From: a virus
Lineage: Duplodnaviria; Caudoviricetes
Direction: 5' to 3' (one strand)
Length of the DNA: 57,079 nucleotides
Virus record (IMG/VR): IMGVR_UViG_3300017781_000010
Span: 1 to 57,079 of that record
Shown here one piece after another: positions 1 to 8,948 of this stretch (position 1 is its first letter; each line of letters opens with the position of its first letter). The position numbers were made by a program, and so were the translations under genes. Below the pieces are notes generated by a model, which was not told the origin of the DNA, made no database searches, and saw nothing but the letters and a program-made list of their open reading frames with translations.

Positions 1-59
1 CCAATTTTGAATTCATAAGTCTTTTTAGACTCTGTTAATATTTGTGTAAATGTTTTCAT
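1..59 (-). CDS. 5' end of a hypothetical protein running off the left edge (MKTFTQILTESKKTYEFKI...)
   Basis: ATG at 59 with GAGG RBS upstream and a late-promoter motif GATAAATA at 79-86; frame open to the window edge. Confidence 0.6.
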   Translation of the reverse strand, partial: MKTFTQILTESKKTYEFKI

Positions 60-77
60 GACGGTTATCCTCTAATA

Positions 78-581
78 CTATTTATCTTCTTCTAATTTTT
101 TTAATCTTGCTAATAGGCTGTTTCTATCAGTAACAATAGCACCGTGACCGTTAACAATACCAGCCTCTTCAATAGGTGTATCCTTATCTTGCTTCTCTTT
201 TTTCAGTTGTAAGTCTATCATTTTAAGTTTTTTGTCCATTTTTGCAACTTTTGCGTCTAAAGATGTTTTAAGCATTGATCCTGCTACTTCAAATACCCTG
301 CCACTATAACGACTTTCAACATTCATCCCTAAATCCATTAAGTCTTCGTAACTTTGTAAAGCACGTTCAGCAATATCATTTAGTTCATTATCTGCTTTTT
401 CGCCTAATCCTTTTACACTAGGCAATGCACTAGCAATCTTATCAAACTCTGCTATATCACGCATAGTCTCTTTTTGCTCAGCAATTTCGTATTTCTTTTG
501 CTGATTTTCTTGCTTAGATGCTTCGTCGATAATTTCCTTTGAATCAGGTAAATCAAGCAAGTCTTGTAGTTTCTTTGTCAT
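78..581 (-). CDS. gp16: Probable terminase small subunit (T4 gp16-like)
   Basis: 167 aa, helical; 'ESRYSGRVFEVAGSMLK...KMIDLQLKK' resembles the 'PRAYEVAGQLIK...LIDLQKK' core of T4-like gp16; morphogenesis context. Confidence 0.6.
   Translation of the reverse strand: MTKKLQDLLDLPDSKEIIDEASKQENQQKKYEIAEQKETMRDIAEFDKIASALPSVKGLGEKADNELNDIAERALQSYEDLMDLGMNVESRYSGRVFEVAGSMLKTSLDAKVAKMDKKLKMIDLQLKKEKQDKDTPIEEAGIVNGHGAIVTDRNSLLARLKKLEEDK
79..86 (-). promoter_or_regulatory. T4-like late promoter (GATAAATA)
   Basis: Motif overlaps the last codons (GAT AAA TAG) of the 78-581 gene and lies about 20 nt upstream of the next start. Confidence 0.6.
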
Positions 582-606
582 TTTAATATTCCATTAACTG
601 CTACTA

Positions 607-1236
607 TTATTTAGCAGAATTAGGGTCTTGCTCCCATTTTTCTTTAGTGATGCGTATATACCATGCTCTGAATGGTTTGCCTAGTCCTTCGCCTGCTGGA
701 TTGTACAAATAAGGAAGTAAGTACTCAGGATATCCTTTACCACTTCCTGCATTATTTGTTTTGATAAACACTTTATCTACATATTGAAATACATCATTAA
801 AGAAAAACTTCCAGTCAAATAGTTCTCCTGGTGGTAAACACTCTCTATCAAAGCATGTCCTACTAGCAATAAACAAATCATATTTGCCCGGAAAGTCCAT
901 AGGCTTACCATTGTCAATCCACAAATGGTGTCTTTTTAAATTAATGATATCACAGCATTGTTTGTACATTGGACCTGTTTGCTCTTCGTCGACATCAGTT
1001 GCTTCAACATGTATACCTTTTTGCATAAGCATGTATGGCAACATTCCTACACCAGTACCTATGTCAACTGCTGTCTTTACATCTTTCAGCATACCAAACT
1101 CTTCTGCTTTTTTAACCATGTATTCTTTTTCTGGATAGTGTATATCCCATTGTCTGATATATTTTGCACCCCTTGCTTTTTTGGGATGACTGTTTGCTAT
1201 ATCAAACATTTTTGATTTGTATTCTGCTAAATTCAT
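607..1236 (-). CDS. Class I SAM-dependent methyltransferase
   Basis: Motif I 'AVDIGTGVG', acidic 'EATDV' after strand 2, 'KYDLFIA'. Confidence 0.75.
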   Translation of the reverse strand: MNLAEYKSKMFDIANSHPKKARGAKYIRQWDIHYPEKEYMVKKAEEFGMLKDVKTAVDIGTGVGMLPYMLMQKGIHVEATDVDEEQTGPMYKQCCDIINLKRHHLWIDNGKPMDFPGKYDLFIASRTCFDRECLPPGELFDWKFFFNDVFQYVDKVFIKTNNAGSGKGYPEYLLPYLYNPAGEGLGKPFRAWYIRITKEKWEQDPNSAK

Positions 1237-1673
1237 TATCGTCTCCTTCCGCTGTGGAAGATATCTTGCTCAGTAACTATTCTAAAATACATTCCTTTTT
1301 GTTTACACCATGCTCTAGCGGCTTCCCATTTTGCTTGGTTAACAATCCATGCCGCTTGGTTGTGTTTGCTACGACCTAGTTTTTCTTTTAGCGTTTGATT
1401 TTCAGGTTTGACTTCTATTATCTCAACTTTCCTACTGCCATTTTTATTTGCATATGCAATAAAAAAATCTGGTACATATATTGTATGCTTACCAGTTAAT
1501 GGATTTCTATAAGGAATTTTTACTGCTTCACTAGCCCATGCTTGAATATACGCATGTTCGTCGCACATTTTCATAAACGCAAATTCCCAACTACTTCTAT
1601 AAGTAGGAGTTCTATTGCCTATGTACTTGTCTGGATTTTTTAGGTTATATTTTCCCTGTGCAAACCGTGACAT
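1236..1673 (-). CDS. gp4: Head completion nuclease (T4 gp4-like, TnsA/PD-(D/E)XK fold)
   Basis: 'YRSSWE...WASE...IPY...YVPDF...IEVKP...NQAKWEAA...FRIVTE' signature. Confidence 0.9.
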   Translation of the reverse strand: MSRFAQGKYNLKNPDKYIGNRTPTYRSSWEFAFMKMCDEHAYIQAWASEAVKIPYRNPLTGKHTIYVPDFFIAYANKNGSRKVEIIEVKPENQTLKEKLGRSKHNQAAWIVNQAKWEAARAWCKQKGMYFRIVTEQDIFHSGRRR

Positions 1674-1677
1674 GGAT

Positions 1678-2046
1678 CTATACCACTATGTTACGTGATT
1701 CTTGTCGAGATATAGTGTCTTTTGTTTTGAATCCAATTACACTAACTTTAGATCTATTATAGTTTACAATTTCGCCGACTAATCCACTTATTTCTACATC
1801 GTCTAAACCTTTAAGTGTATCAAGTAGTGTGTAAACATTTACGTCATCTGTCTTTGCTTGTTGTAATAATACTGTAGCAACACCTGTTGCTGAACTTTGT
1901 TCAAAACCTCTTTTTAAGAAAAATCCTACTACTGAATCAACTTGTGTAGCATTATATGAAATAGGATCAGTAAAGTATTTGTTAAAAAATTCTTTTACTT
2001 CTGTTGCACTATCTACTGGTTCTAATTTGTAACTGCTGTTTGCCAT
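1678..2046 (-). CDS. Hypothetical protein, probably virion/baseplate associated
   Basis: 122 aa ORF translationally coupled between structural genes. Confidence 0.6.
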   Translation of the reverse strand: MANSSYKLEPVDSATEVKEFFNKYFTDPISYNATQVDSVVGFFLKRGFEQSSATGVATVLLQQAKTDDVNVYTLLDTLKGLDDVEISGLVGEIVNYNRSKVSVIGFKTKDTISRQESRNIVV

Positions 2047-3296
2047 TATGGTCCATTTCTTCCTGCTTGTAATGTTGATCCTGAATTTGCACCTACTGTT
2101 GTTGAAGTACCAAATGAATTTGCTGTGCCTGCTTGGGCATCGTTTGCAAAACTAGTTGCACCTGCTGTTGTACTATTGTTTGCCGCCGCTTGGGTAATCC
2201 TTTGACCGTATATTAATGAACTAGTATCAACTGTTCCGCCTACTGTTGATGTAATAGATGCATTCCCTCCGTTACCAGATGATTTAGGAATACTTATATT
2301 ACTAAGTCCACCTACATTTTCTCTACCTATATTTGTAATTGTACTTTTTAAAATATTAAATCCTTCTTCACGTAGTCCTGCTTTTGATAATGATTTTGCA
2401 TTTTTAAATGTATTAAATGCAGTCAACGCTGTACCTAAATTAAAAGTACCACCGGCAATATCTCCAAGTACATCACTAATTCCGCCAATTACTCCACCAC
2501 CGCCAAATAGACTACTTGTACCACCACCGCCTAGTGTTAATGGACTAGGTGTTTTATCGTAGTGTGCAGTAGCAAATCCTTTTGGACTGTTTTCACCTAC
2601 TGGACCTCTACTATAATATACTGCTTCATATGCAATACTAATTTGGTTTTGTGAAGGTGTACTATTATCCATACTATCCACTTGGTCGTGTGTTAGACCT
2701 GTAACCATAGGATTAACAAGTGTATATCCTAGATACTCATGTCTAGCCATTTGGTAAATTGTAATTTTATTAAAGAAAGGTGATTTGTGATCGTTATCTA
2801 AACCATATCTATAATTTTGTGAAATTGGATCTGTATATGTGTTACGCGGATTATATGGTGGATTTATTCCGTCATCTCTATAGTTACCGTCTCTAAAATA
2901 ATATCTGTAGTATGCTTCCATTAACGTTGTGGTCAATCCCATGTTGTCATCATGGAAAGTAATGTTAACAGGATCATATTCAATACTAGTTTGTAAGTTC
3001 TTTTTGCGATTATACATATTTTTAGTTGCAGTTTGAATACTAAACTTAGGTAAATCTGCTGACTTAACAAGCATATTAATTTCTTGTTTGTGTCTTTGAT
3101 CTAATTGTGGTATAACTTTTTGTGCTTCTGGACTTAATTCAAATACTACATGATACAGGAATTTTGTCTTAGGTGCAAGACGCATGCCGTCATCTGTAAA
3201 AAGTCTTGCGGCATGTTGATAATCTTTTAAATTACCACCAGGATTTGTTGCTCCCTGTAAAACGTTATTTAAGAATCCATTAAGTATGTTGGCCAT
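2046..3296 (-). CDS. Tail-tube-fold baseplate/tube initiator protein (gp54/gp48-like) with low-complexity Gly/Ala/Ser/Thr C-terminus
   Basis: 'LVKSADLPKFSIQT...NMYNRK...IEYDPVNITFHDD' follows the tube-protein pattern; adjacent to the tube gene. Confidence 0.65.
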   Translation of the reverse strand: MANILNGFLNNVLQGATNPGGNLKDYQHAARLFTDDGMRLAPKTKFLYHVVFELSPEAQKVIPQLDQRHKQEINMLVKSADLPKFSIQTATKNMYNRKKNLQTSIEYDPVNITFHDDNMGLTTTLMEAYYRYYFRDGNYRDDGINPPYNPRNTYTDPISQNYRYGLDNDHKSPFFNKITIYQMARHEYLGYTLVNPMVTGLTHDQVDSMDNSTPSQNQISIAYEAVYYSRGPVGENSPKGFATAHYDKTPSPLTLGGGGTSSLFGGGGVIGGISDVLGDIAGGTFNLGTALTAFNTFKNAKSLSKAGLREEGFNILKSTITNIGRENVGGLSNISIPKSSGNGGNASITSTVGGTVDTSSLIYGQRITQAAANNSTTAGATSFANDAQAGTANSFGTSTTVGANSGSTLQAGRNGP

Positions 3297-3301
3297 GTAA
3301 A

Positions 3302-3309
3302 TATTTATC
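3302..3309 (-). promoter_or_regulatory. Late promoter GATAAATA, 5 nt before ATG (probably leaderless transcript)
   Basis: Minus strand reads GGATAAATA-TTTAC-ATG with no Shine-Dalgarno. Confidence 0.65.
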
Positions 3310-3329
3310 CTTAAAAGAAAAGTGCGTAT

Positions 3330-3360
3330 AAAAAGAAAAAGGGTGACCTAAGCCACCCTC
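3330..3360 (-). terminator. Intrinsic terminator after the tail tube gene
   Basis: Minus strand GAGGGTGGC-TTAG-GTCACCCTT followed by TTTCTTTTT. Confidence 0.8.
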
Positions 3361-3390
3361 TTATAATACTATGGCAATATTACGGATTTA

Positions 3391-4020
3391 TTATATTCCG
3401 CCGCCGCCTGTTACTAGACTGTTAATAGTTCTACCAACTGCTGTACCAATTCCTTCACCTTGTGGTGATTGGATAGCGTTGTCGTAACGCATTGCTAATG
3501 CAATAGTTACTGGTTCATTTGAACTATATGCTAGTGTGTTATAGTTTGCGTTTTGGATAAAGCAACCGTATAACTCGAATGTTTCTAGTACGTTTGGTGT
3601 GTTAGCACCGTTACCACCATCTAAGATTTCAATACGTGTTGTGTATTTGTAATCAATACCTGATGCCGCACTTGACTGTTCGAAAAAGTCAAATTGTTTC
3701 TGAAGTTGTTCGCCAACTAGTTTTTGTACACTGTTGTTAACATCTTCTCTTAAGTTCAATGTAATTGGTTCCCAAGTAGGACGACCTGCTAGGTATGCTC
3801 TACTATTGTAAACTGGAATTTCTAATTCCTCAAAGTTTACTGTTGGGCGTGTTACATCAATTACTTGTTTTGTAAGTTCTGTTGTCGGTGTTGATACACC
3901 AAAGTTCTCAAGTGTCACTCTAAAGCGATACTGTAGTTTCGGCATCAACAAACCTTGTGTTGATGCAGATGCGTCGCTCGCTAGTGGTACTGTAATTTTT
4001 GAGAGTGTTGAAATTGCCAT
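3391..4020 (-). CDS. gp19: Tail tube protein (T4 gp19-like)
   Basis: 'PKLQYRFRV...VTRPTVNFEE...YLAGRPTWEPITL...FELYGCF...LAYSSNEPVTIALAMRYD'; directly downstream of sheath. Confidence 0.9.
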   Translation of the reverse strand: MAISTLSKITVPLASDASASTQGLLMPKLQYRFRVTLENFGVSTPTTELTKQVIDVTRPTVNFEELEIPVYNSRAYLAGRPTWEPITLNLREDVNNSVQKLVGEQLQKQFDFFEQSSAASGIDYKYTTRIEILDGGNGANTPNVLETFELYGCFIQNANYNTLAYSSNEPVTIALAMRYDNAIQSPQGEGIGTAVGRTINSLVTGGGGI

Positions 4021-4042
4021 AATGTTTTACTCCTGTTACAAG

Positions 4043-4050
4043 TATTTATC
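4043..4050 (-). promoter_or_regulatory. Late promoter GATAAATA for the tube gene
   Basis: Followed by an AGGAG RBS and ATG at 4020. Confidence 0.7.
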
Positions 4051-4056
4051 ATTAAC

Positions 4057-4085
4057 GAGCCCCATATTTCAGGGGCTCATTTTTT
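4057..4085. terminator. GC-rich hairpin between sheath and tube genes (plus-strand terminator or mRNA-stabilising stem)
   Basis: GAGCCCC-N8-GGGGCTC; the T-run follows on the + strand only. Confidence 0.55.
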
Positions 4086-4088
4086 GAA

Positions 4089-7000
4089 TTATAATCCTGC
4101 AATCTCCCCTGTATTCTTAAGTCTTAATGGAATATAAATGAATTCCACAGCCTTAACTGGTTCAATTGCTATATCTAAGTATAGTTCGTTTCTATCAATT
4201 CTACTTGGAGTATTGTTAGATTCATCACAAACCACTATGTAGTCGTATAGTGCTCTACTTCCAACTAACTCAAGCATTAAACTTTCAGCCGCTTGTTTGA
4301 TCTCATCACGTGTGATCTTATCATTTGGCTCAAAGATATAAGGCTTAGCAAGTTTATTAAGTTGACTACGCATGTAAATTACAAGTCTAGCAACGTTTAC
4401 TCTATCTAATGCACTTGCATTCTTTGCTCTTGTTTTCTGTCCGAAACAAACAAGTCCTGCGCCTGTAATAAATGTAATAGGGTTAACACTAATTCCAAAT
4501 AGCGTATCACGCTGTCCTTCATTTAGTGCAATTGATACAAATTCGCCTTCGTTATCAATGTAACCTGTTGCTGTTGCGTTAGTAACTCCACCACGTCTTG
4601 TTCCTGCTGGAGCAAACCATGGAAACGAAACTTGATCACTTAATGCAATAGTTCTTAGCATCATATGACTTGGCGGAACAACAATGTTGTTACCTGCGTT
4701 GTCACTTGTGAAGCCCCATGGGTAATAAACACCTAAGTATTCATCTCTACTTACTAGTCCATCGCTATTATCTTCAACTGCAAGAGCAACGTTTGTGCCC
4801 CATTCGTTAAGTGAAGTAGCACTTGAATCTAGTGTTGCTGGTGAATCACCTACAACAAATGCTGTTAAGCCTCTGTCATAGTTTAGTGAAATCATTTCGC
4901 CGATTAGTTCTGGATAACCTGGTGCCGCCATTAAGTTAAAGATTCTTGATTCGTCATCTCTAATATCTTGGTTGCTATTAATCATTGCTTGCATTGCTTG
5001 TACAACAACTGCTCTCTGTGCTGATTGACCAAACTTACCTGAACCATCTGCGTTGTTTGCTGACTCAGTAATCCATCTGTGTGGATAGTAGCCATTCATT
5101 GGTGCATCGCCGTCACGTCCGTTATCTGCTGTTAAGTCAATGTAGTTACGTACAAATTTCTTAACATTAAAACCGCTTCTGCGTGTGTTGAACAAAATCA
5201 TGCCTTTTGGATATAGTGCAGGATCTGGAGCATCAAAGTCTAAGAAGTTACTTGTAAGTAACTCAACAATAGTTGCTTCTTTGCTGTTTGCACCTGCTGT
5301 TGACCAACGTGCATCACCAAATAGTACACCGTCTTGTGTAGTTTGATCACTTGAATCTAATAATACCCATTGTTGTTTAGCATGTGACCAGCGATAAATC
5401 TCTGGATACTTGTCAATGTTTGTTGTATTAATCCAAATGTCACCATCTTTAAGAGCAGTTCCATCTGATTGTCCTGTTGCCGCTAGTGGCTCAGTTGCAC
5501 TTACAATTGGTCCTGCAGGGTCAGTTTTATCGCCTGTCGCCGCCGCAAAGTACGGACTAGTTGAATCTTGATAACCTACCCAAGTAGTACCATTGTGTAC
5601 CATAATGTCTGCTTCATCAACAACTGAATTGTACCATAGTGTACCATCTGTTGCTAATGCTGTTGGAGCATCTGGACCATTAGTTGCACTTAGTACTTTC
5701 CAGTTTGTAGCAATAAAGTCTGCACTTGTATCGCCTGCTGGAGCCGCATATAAGTTTGTAGTATCTGATGTACTAAAACCAATTTGTGCTAAGTGTCCGC
5801 TTGTGTCTTTAATTCTAAAGTCACCACCTTTTGAGTGTGAAATTACAACTCTGTTAGCACTATCAACACTTGCACTTACGTTTGTAAGTCCTGCTGAGTT
5901 GATTGCACCTGCAATATGATCTGCATCACCTGCGTCACCGTCGACTGCTTGTGATACTGTAATTGCACTACCTAATGATGCACTGCCTACAATTGACTCT
6001 TGAAGAGTAAATGATGCTGTACCACTAGATGCTTGTGTTGAAACTGCACTTGATGTAATTGTTGTTGCGCCTGTTGCTGAACGTTTGTAAACTTTAAAGT
6101 TAGCAACTAAGTCACTTGCTTCTGCATCATTTGATTTGATGTAAAGTGAATCAGTTCCTAAGTTTACTCCGCCACCTGATTTATCAAGTGTTGCTAACGC
6201 CGCTTGGTTTGTGCTAAAGATTGGAACATCTTTAGTGTCCCATAATTTAGTTGCACTGTTCCATGCTTTGATAGCCCATTTGGCACCTTTATTTGCAGTT
6301 GTAGTTTTAGCCCAAATACTTCCTGTTGGACGTGGAGTTGTATCGCCTGAACCAAACTCGGGAACACTTGTATGAGGGGCAATATTCAACGCCGGTGCCG
6401 CATAAGTTCCTGCTACAAGACCCATGTCGCCTAATGCGCCTGTGCCTTCTGCTAGTACTATGTTAACACCTGTTGAGTGTAATCTTAATATATCGTTAGC
6501 CGCTTCAACTGATGCAGTTACGCCTGAAATGCTCAAGCCGTTAATAACTGCCGCCAATGCTGTTGCGTCTGTTGCGTTTGCTGTTACTGTTGTACTGTTT
6601 AAAGTAAAGTTCAAACCTGAAGTTGTTGTAGCACCAGCAGTACCTGATACTGTAGCCCAACTTGCTTTCCATGCGCCAGTTCCTACTTCAACCCATGTAC
6701 CACTTTCATTTTTGTAGTATAGTTTGTGTAGTGTACTTGCCGCTGTAATAGCATAATCGCCTACTGCGCCTACTGATGTTTTTGGTGCACCTGTTGCAAC
6801 TCCACCAACTAATTTTGTTACGTCAGTAATTACTGTTGGTGCTTTATAACCAAATGACTGTCCGCCAGTTGTAGTTACTGCCGCTGAATTCCATTCAAAG
6901 ACACCATAGATAGTACTTGCTGTATCTACCCAATATGTGCCGTTTGCTGGATCGCTTGTTGGTGCGTCTGCGCTTGCTGTTAGTCCTGCAAGATCAATTC

Positions 7001-7337
7001 CTGCTCTAACAACGAATGCTCTGTTGCTTACGCCTAATAACGAGTAAGCCGCTTGTAATCCATATTCATTAAGTTCACCTGCATGTATCGGATTATTGTT
7101 TGAATCCGTATAAAATGTTGGTTCGCCGAATGTTTCTACTAAATCTCTTTGTGAGGTAACCAAGAAAGGTTTACCTGCATTTGCCGCTGTTGTACCTGGT
7201 GCTGTACCAGTACCTGCCCCATTTTGCTTATCCTGGGCAGTTGCAACAAATATCATTGGTACGGTGCCTGGTTCGCTGGGCGTGTAAAAACTTTCGTCTA
7301 TTACTTTAACCTCAACACCTGGTGATGATAATGCCAT
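4089..7337 (-). CDS. gp18: Contractile tail sheath protein (T4 gp18-like) with large insertion domains
   Basis: N-terminal 'LSSPGVEVKVIDES'; C-terminal 'PWFAPAGTRRG...NPI...GQKT...SALDRVNVARL...FEPND...CDESNNTP..ID.N...I.P.KAVEFI'. Confidence 0.95.
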   Translation of the reverse strand: MALSSPGVEVKVIDESFYTPSEPGTVPMIFVATAQDKQNGAGTGTAPGTTAANAGKPFLVTSQRDLVETFGEPTFYTDSNNNPIHAGELNEYGLQAAYSLLGVSNRAFVVRAGIDLAGLTASADAPTSDPANGTYWVDTASTIYGVFEWNSAAVTTTGGQSFGYKAPTVITDVTKLVGGVATGAPKTSVGAVGDYAITAASTLHKLYYKNESGTWVEVGTGAWKASWATVSGTAGATTTSGLNFTLNSTTVTANATDATALAAVINGLSISGVTASVEAANDILRLHSTGVNIVLAEGTGALGDMGLVAGTYAAPALNIAPHTSVPEFGSGDTTPRPTGSIWAKTTTANKGAKWAIKAWNSATKLWDTKDVPIFSTNQAALATLDKSGGGVNLGTDSLYIKSNDAEASDLVANFKVYKRSATGATTITSSAVSTQASSGTASFTLQESIVGSASLGSAITVSQAVDGDAGDADHIAGAINSAGLTNVSASVDSANRVVISHSKGGDFRIKDTSGHLAQIGFSTSDTTNLYAAPAGDTSADFIATNWKVLSATNGPDAPTALATDGTLWYNSVVDEADIMVHNGTTWVGYQDSTSPYFAAATGDKTDPAGPIVSATEPLAATGQSDGTALKDGDIWINTTNIDKYPEIYRWSHAKQQWVLLDSSDQTTQDGVLFGDARWSTAGANSKEATIVELLTSNFLDFDAPDPALYPKGMILFNTRRSGFNVKKFVRNYIDLTADNGRDGDAPMNGYYPHRWITESANNADGSGKFGQSAQRAVVVQAMQAMINSNQDIRDDESRIFNLMAAPGYPELIGEMISLNYDRGLTAFVVGDSPATLDSSATSLNEWGTNVALAVEDNSDGLVSRDEYLGVYYPWGFTSDNAGNNIVVPPSHMMLRTIALSDQVSFPWFAPAGTRRGGVTNATATGYIDNEGEFVSIALNEGQRDTLFGISVNPITFITGAGLVCFGQKTRAKNASALDRVNVARLVIYMRSQLNKLAKPYIFEPNDKITRDEIKQAAESLMLELVGSRALYDYIVVCDESNNTPSRIDRNELYLDIAIEPVKAVEFIYIPLRLKNTGEIAGL

Positions 7338-7367
7338 TGTGTTTCTCCTTAATAAAAGTGTTCGTAG

Positions 7368-7375
7368 TATTTATG
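7368..7375 (-). promoter_or_regulatory. Late promoter CATAAATA for the sheath gene
   Basis: Upstream of an AAGGAG RBS and ATG at 7337. Confidence 0.65.
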
Positions 7376-7442
7376 TGATTTAAAATTAAACTGCCTATAA
7401 TAGCATCAGAAAAAGGGACCAAAAAGGTGAGGTAAATACGTT

Positions 7443-7778
7443 ATGAGACCTTTATGTGATTGTAAACTAAGACCTGCGGCTATAAATTATAAAAAAGCAG
7501 GCAAAACCTACTATCGTAAGAAATGCGAAGCGTGTTTACGTAATGGCCCTAAGCACGGTGTTCCTAAATGGAAGCAACGTGGATATGTGAAAAAAGACTA
7601 TTGCGAAAAGTGTAATTACAAGAGTGTACATCCTGAGCAATTTAACGTTTTCCATATTGATGGTAATTTAGATAATTGTTCAATGTCAAACTTGAAAACA
7701 GTATGTGCTAACTGTCAGCGTCTTATACAGAAACGAGGTGTTCGTTGGAAACAAGGAGATCTTTTACCTGACTTTTAA
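7443..7778 (+). CDS. Zn-finger / HNH-like protein (degenerate HNH)
   Basis: CxC, CxxC x3; 'FHIDGNLDN...NLKTVCANCQ'; TAAATA 4 nt upstream of ATG. Confidence 0.7.
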   Translation: MRPLCDCKLRPAAINYKKAGKTYYRKKCEACLRNGPKHGVPKWKQRGYVKKDYCEKCNYKSVHPEQFNVFHIDGNLDNCSMSNLKTVCANCQRLIQKRGVRWKQGDLLPDF

Positions 7779-8334
7779 GTTCTTCAATTCCTAAGTCGTT
7801 ATATATAACATTGTTAAAATCTACGTTTGCCCAGCGCCATTCGCTTTCATGTACGTCTTTAGGCTCAACACCTATATCTTGATACATACGCATCCATACA
7901 GGATCTTGACCACGTTTTACACGCCATACTTCACCATGTATACTTTTAATCATATTTGCTTCATTAGGAAATCTTACATCAGGAATAACAAAGTCTTTAG
8001 TAGGATATTTCACTAGTTCTTGCTTTACTAAACTAACCCAAATACCGTCATCAAACCCATGACGCATACAATCAGTACCAAACTCTTGTAATACTAGTCT
8101 TGGTGTGATAGTACGTCCTGTTTCTTTAGTCCAAAACTCGTCTTGTGTTTCTCTCCACTCTCTACTCTCTACAGTATCACCTTCAAGCATTTGTCTATCC
8201 CAATTAAATACGGTTGCTACACCATCTTTTAATTTGTCAGCAAAACTTAGTTTTGTAAATCCGTGATTCTCAACTAATATATCTCCTACTGTTCCTTTAC
8301 CACAGCCTATCAAGCCGCATATTCCTATTATCAT
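7723..8334 (-). CDS. gp1: Deoxynucleoside monophosphate kinase (T4 gp1-like)
   Basis: P-loop 'GLIGCGKGT', 'SFADKLK', 'TPRLVLQEFGT', 'DVRFPNE', 'HESE'. Confidence 0.9.
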   Translation of the reverse strand: MIIGICGLIGCGKGTVGDILVENHGFTKLSFADKLKDGVATVFNWDRQMLEGDTVESREWRETQDEFWTKETGRTITPRLVLQEFGTDCMRHGFDDGIWVSLVKQELVKYPTKDFVIPDVRFPNEANMIKSIHGEVWRVKRGQDPVWMRMYQDIGVEPKDVHESEWRWANVDFNNVIYNDLGIEELKSQVKDLLVSNEHLVSV

Positions 8335-8948
8335 AATTTTAGTTCCGATGTACCACCGCCTACAGTTCCCCTAGCAAAGAAATTAAATGCCAAACTGTAT
8401 CGTGGAGTTGTTGTTTGATTTGGGGTTACTTGGTGTTCTAAATGACTTGGGAATATAACTATGTCTCCGCTCTTAGGACTTATAGTAAATCCTGGAGTAT
8501 TCCATTGGTTGTGATTTTTAAAACTTACCCTAACTGTATCATGGAATAAGTTATAATATAGATGTGATTTATGAAACACTATATCACCTGCCCCTGGCTC
8601 ATTTTGAATATAATATACTCCACTTAACATTGCATTACTATGCCAATGTAGTGTGTTTTGTTCATTTTTTGCATGTCTGTTAATCCAACTATTTTGCATC
8701 TCAAACTCTACATCATCATTTACTTGTAATTCATCTTTTACAAAAACGTTACATGCTTCTTGTATTTGTTTTTTTAAGTTTGATAACTTCGGATTATTTA
8801 AAATATACTTGTCATCAGTATGATCATGTCCTGCCGCTTCATCTGGATAATCTAAATTTTCAATCCATTTCATTGTAATAGGATCTACAGTACCAATATT
8901 TGAATAAAATAAAGGTATAGCAAATAAAGGTGTAGTTTGATATTTCAT
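8331..8948 (-). CDS. 2OG-Fe(II) oxygenase (TIGR02466-type, HxH)
   Basis: 'SWIN...HWHSNAMLSGVYY...GDIVIFPSHLEH.V...RYSLAFN'. Confidence 0.85.
   Translation of the reverse strand: MKYQTTPLFAIPLFYSNIGTVDPITMKWIENLDYPDEAAGHDHTDDKYILNNPKLSNLKKQIQEACNVFVKDELQVNDDVEFEMQNSWINRHAKNEQNTLHWHSNAMLSGVYYIQNEPGAGDIVFHKSHLYYNLFHDTVRVSFKNHNQWNTPGFTISPKSGDIVIFPSHLEHQVTPNQTTTPRYSLAFNFFARGTVGGGTSELKL

Noticed and set aside
1236-1673. TnsA-like endonuclease as a Tn7 transposon component
   Set aside because: Matches the T4 gp4 head-completion signature; no tnsB/tnsC or transposon ends are present
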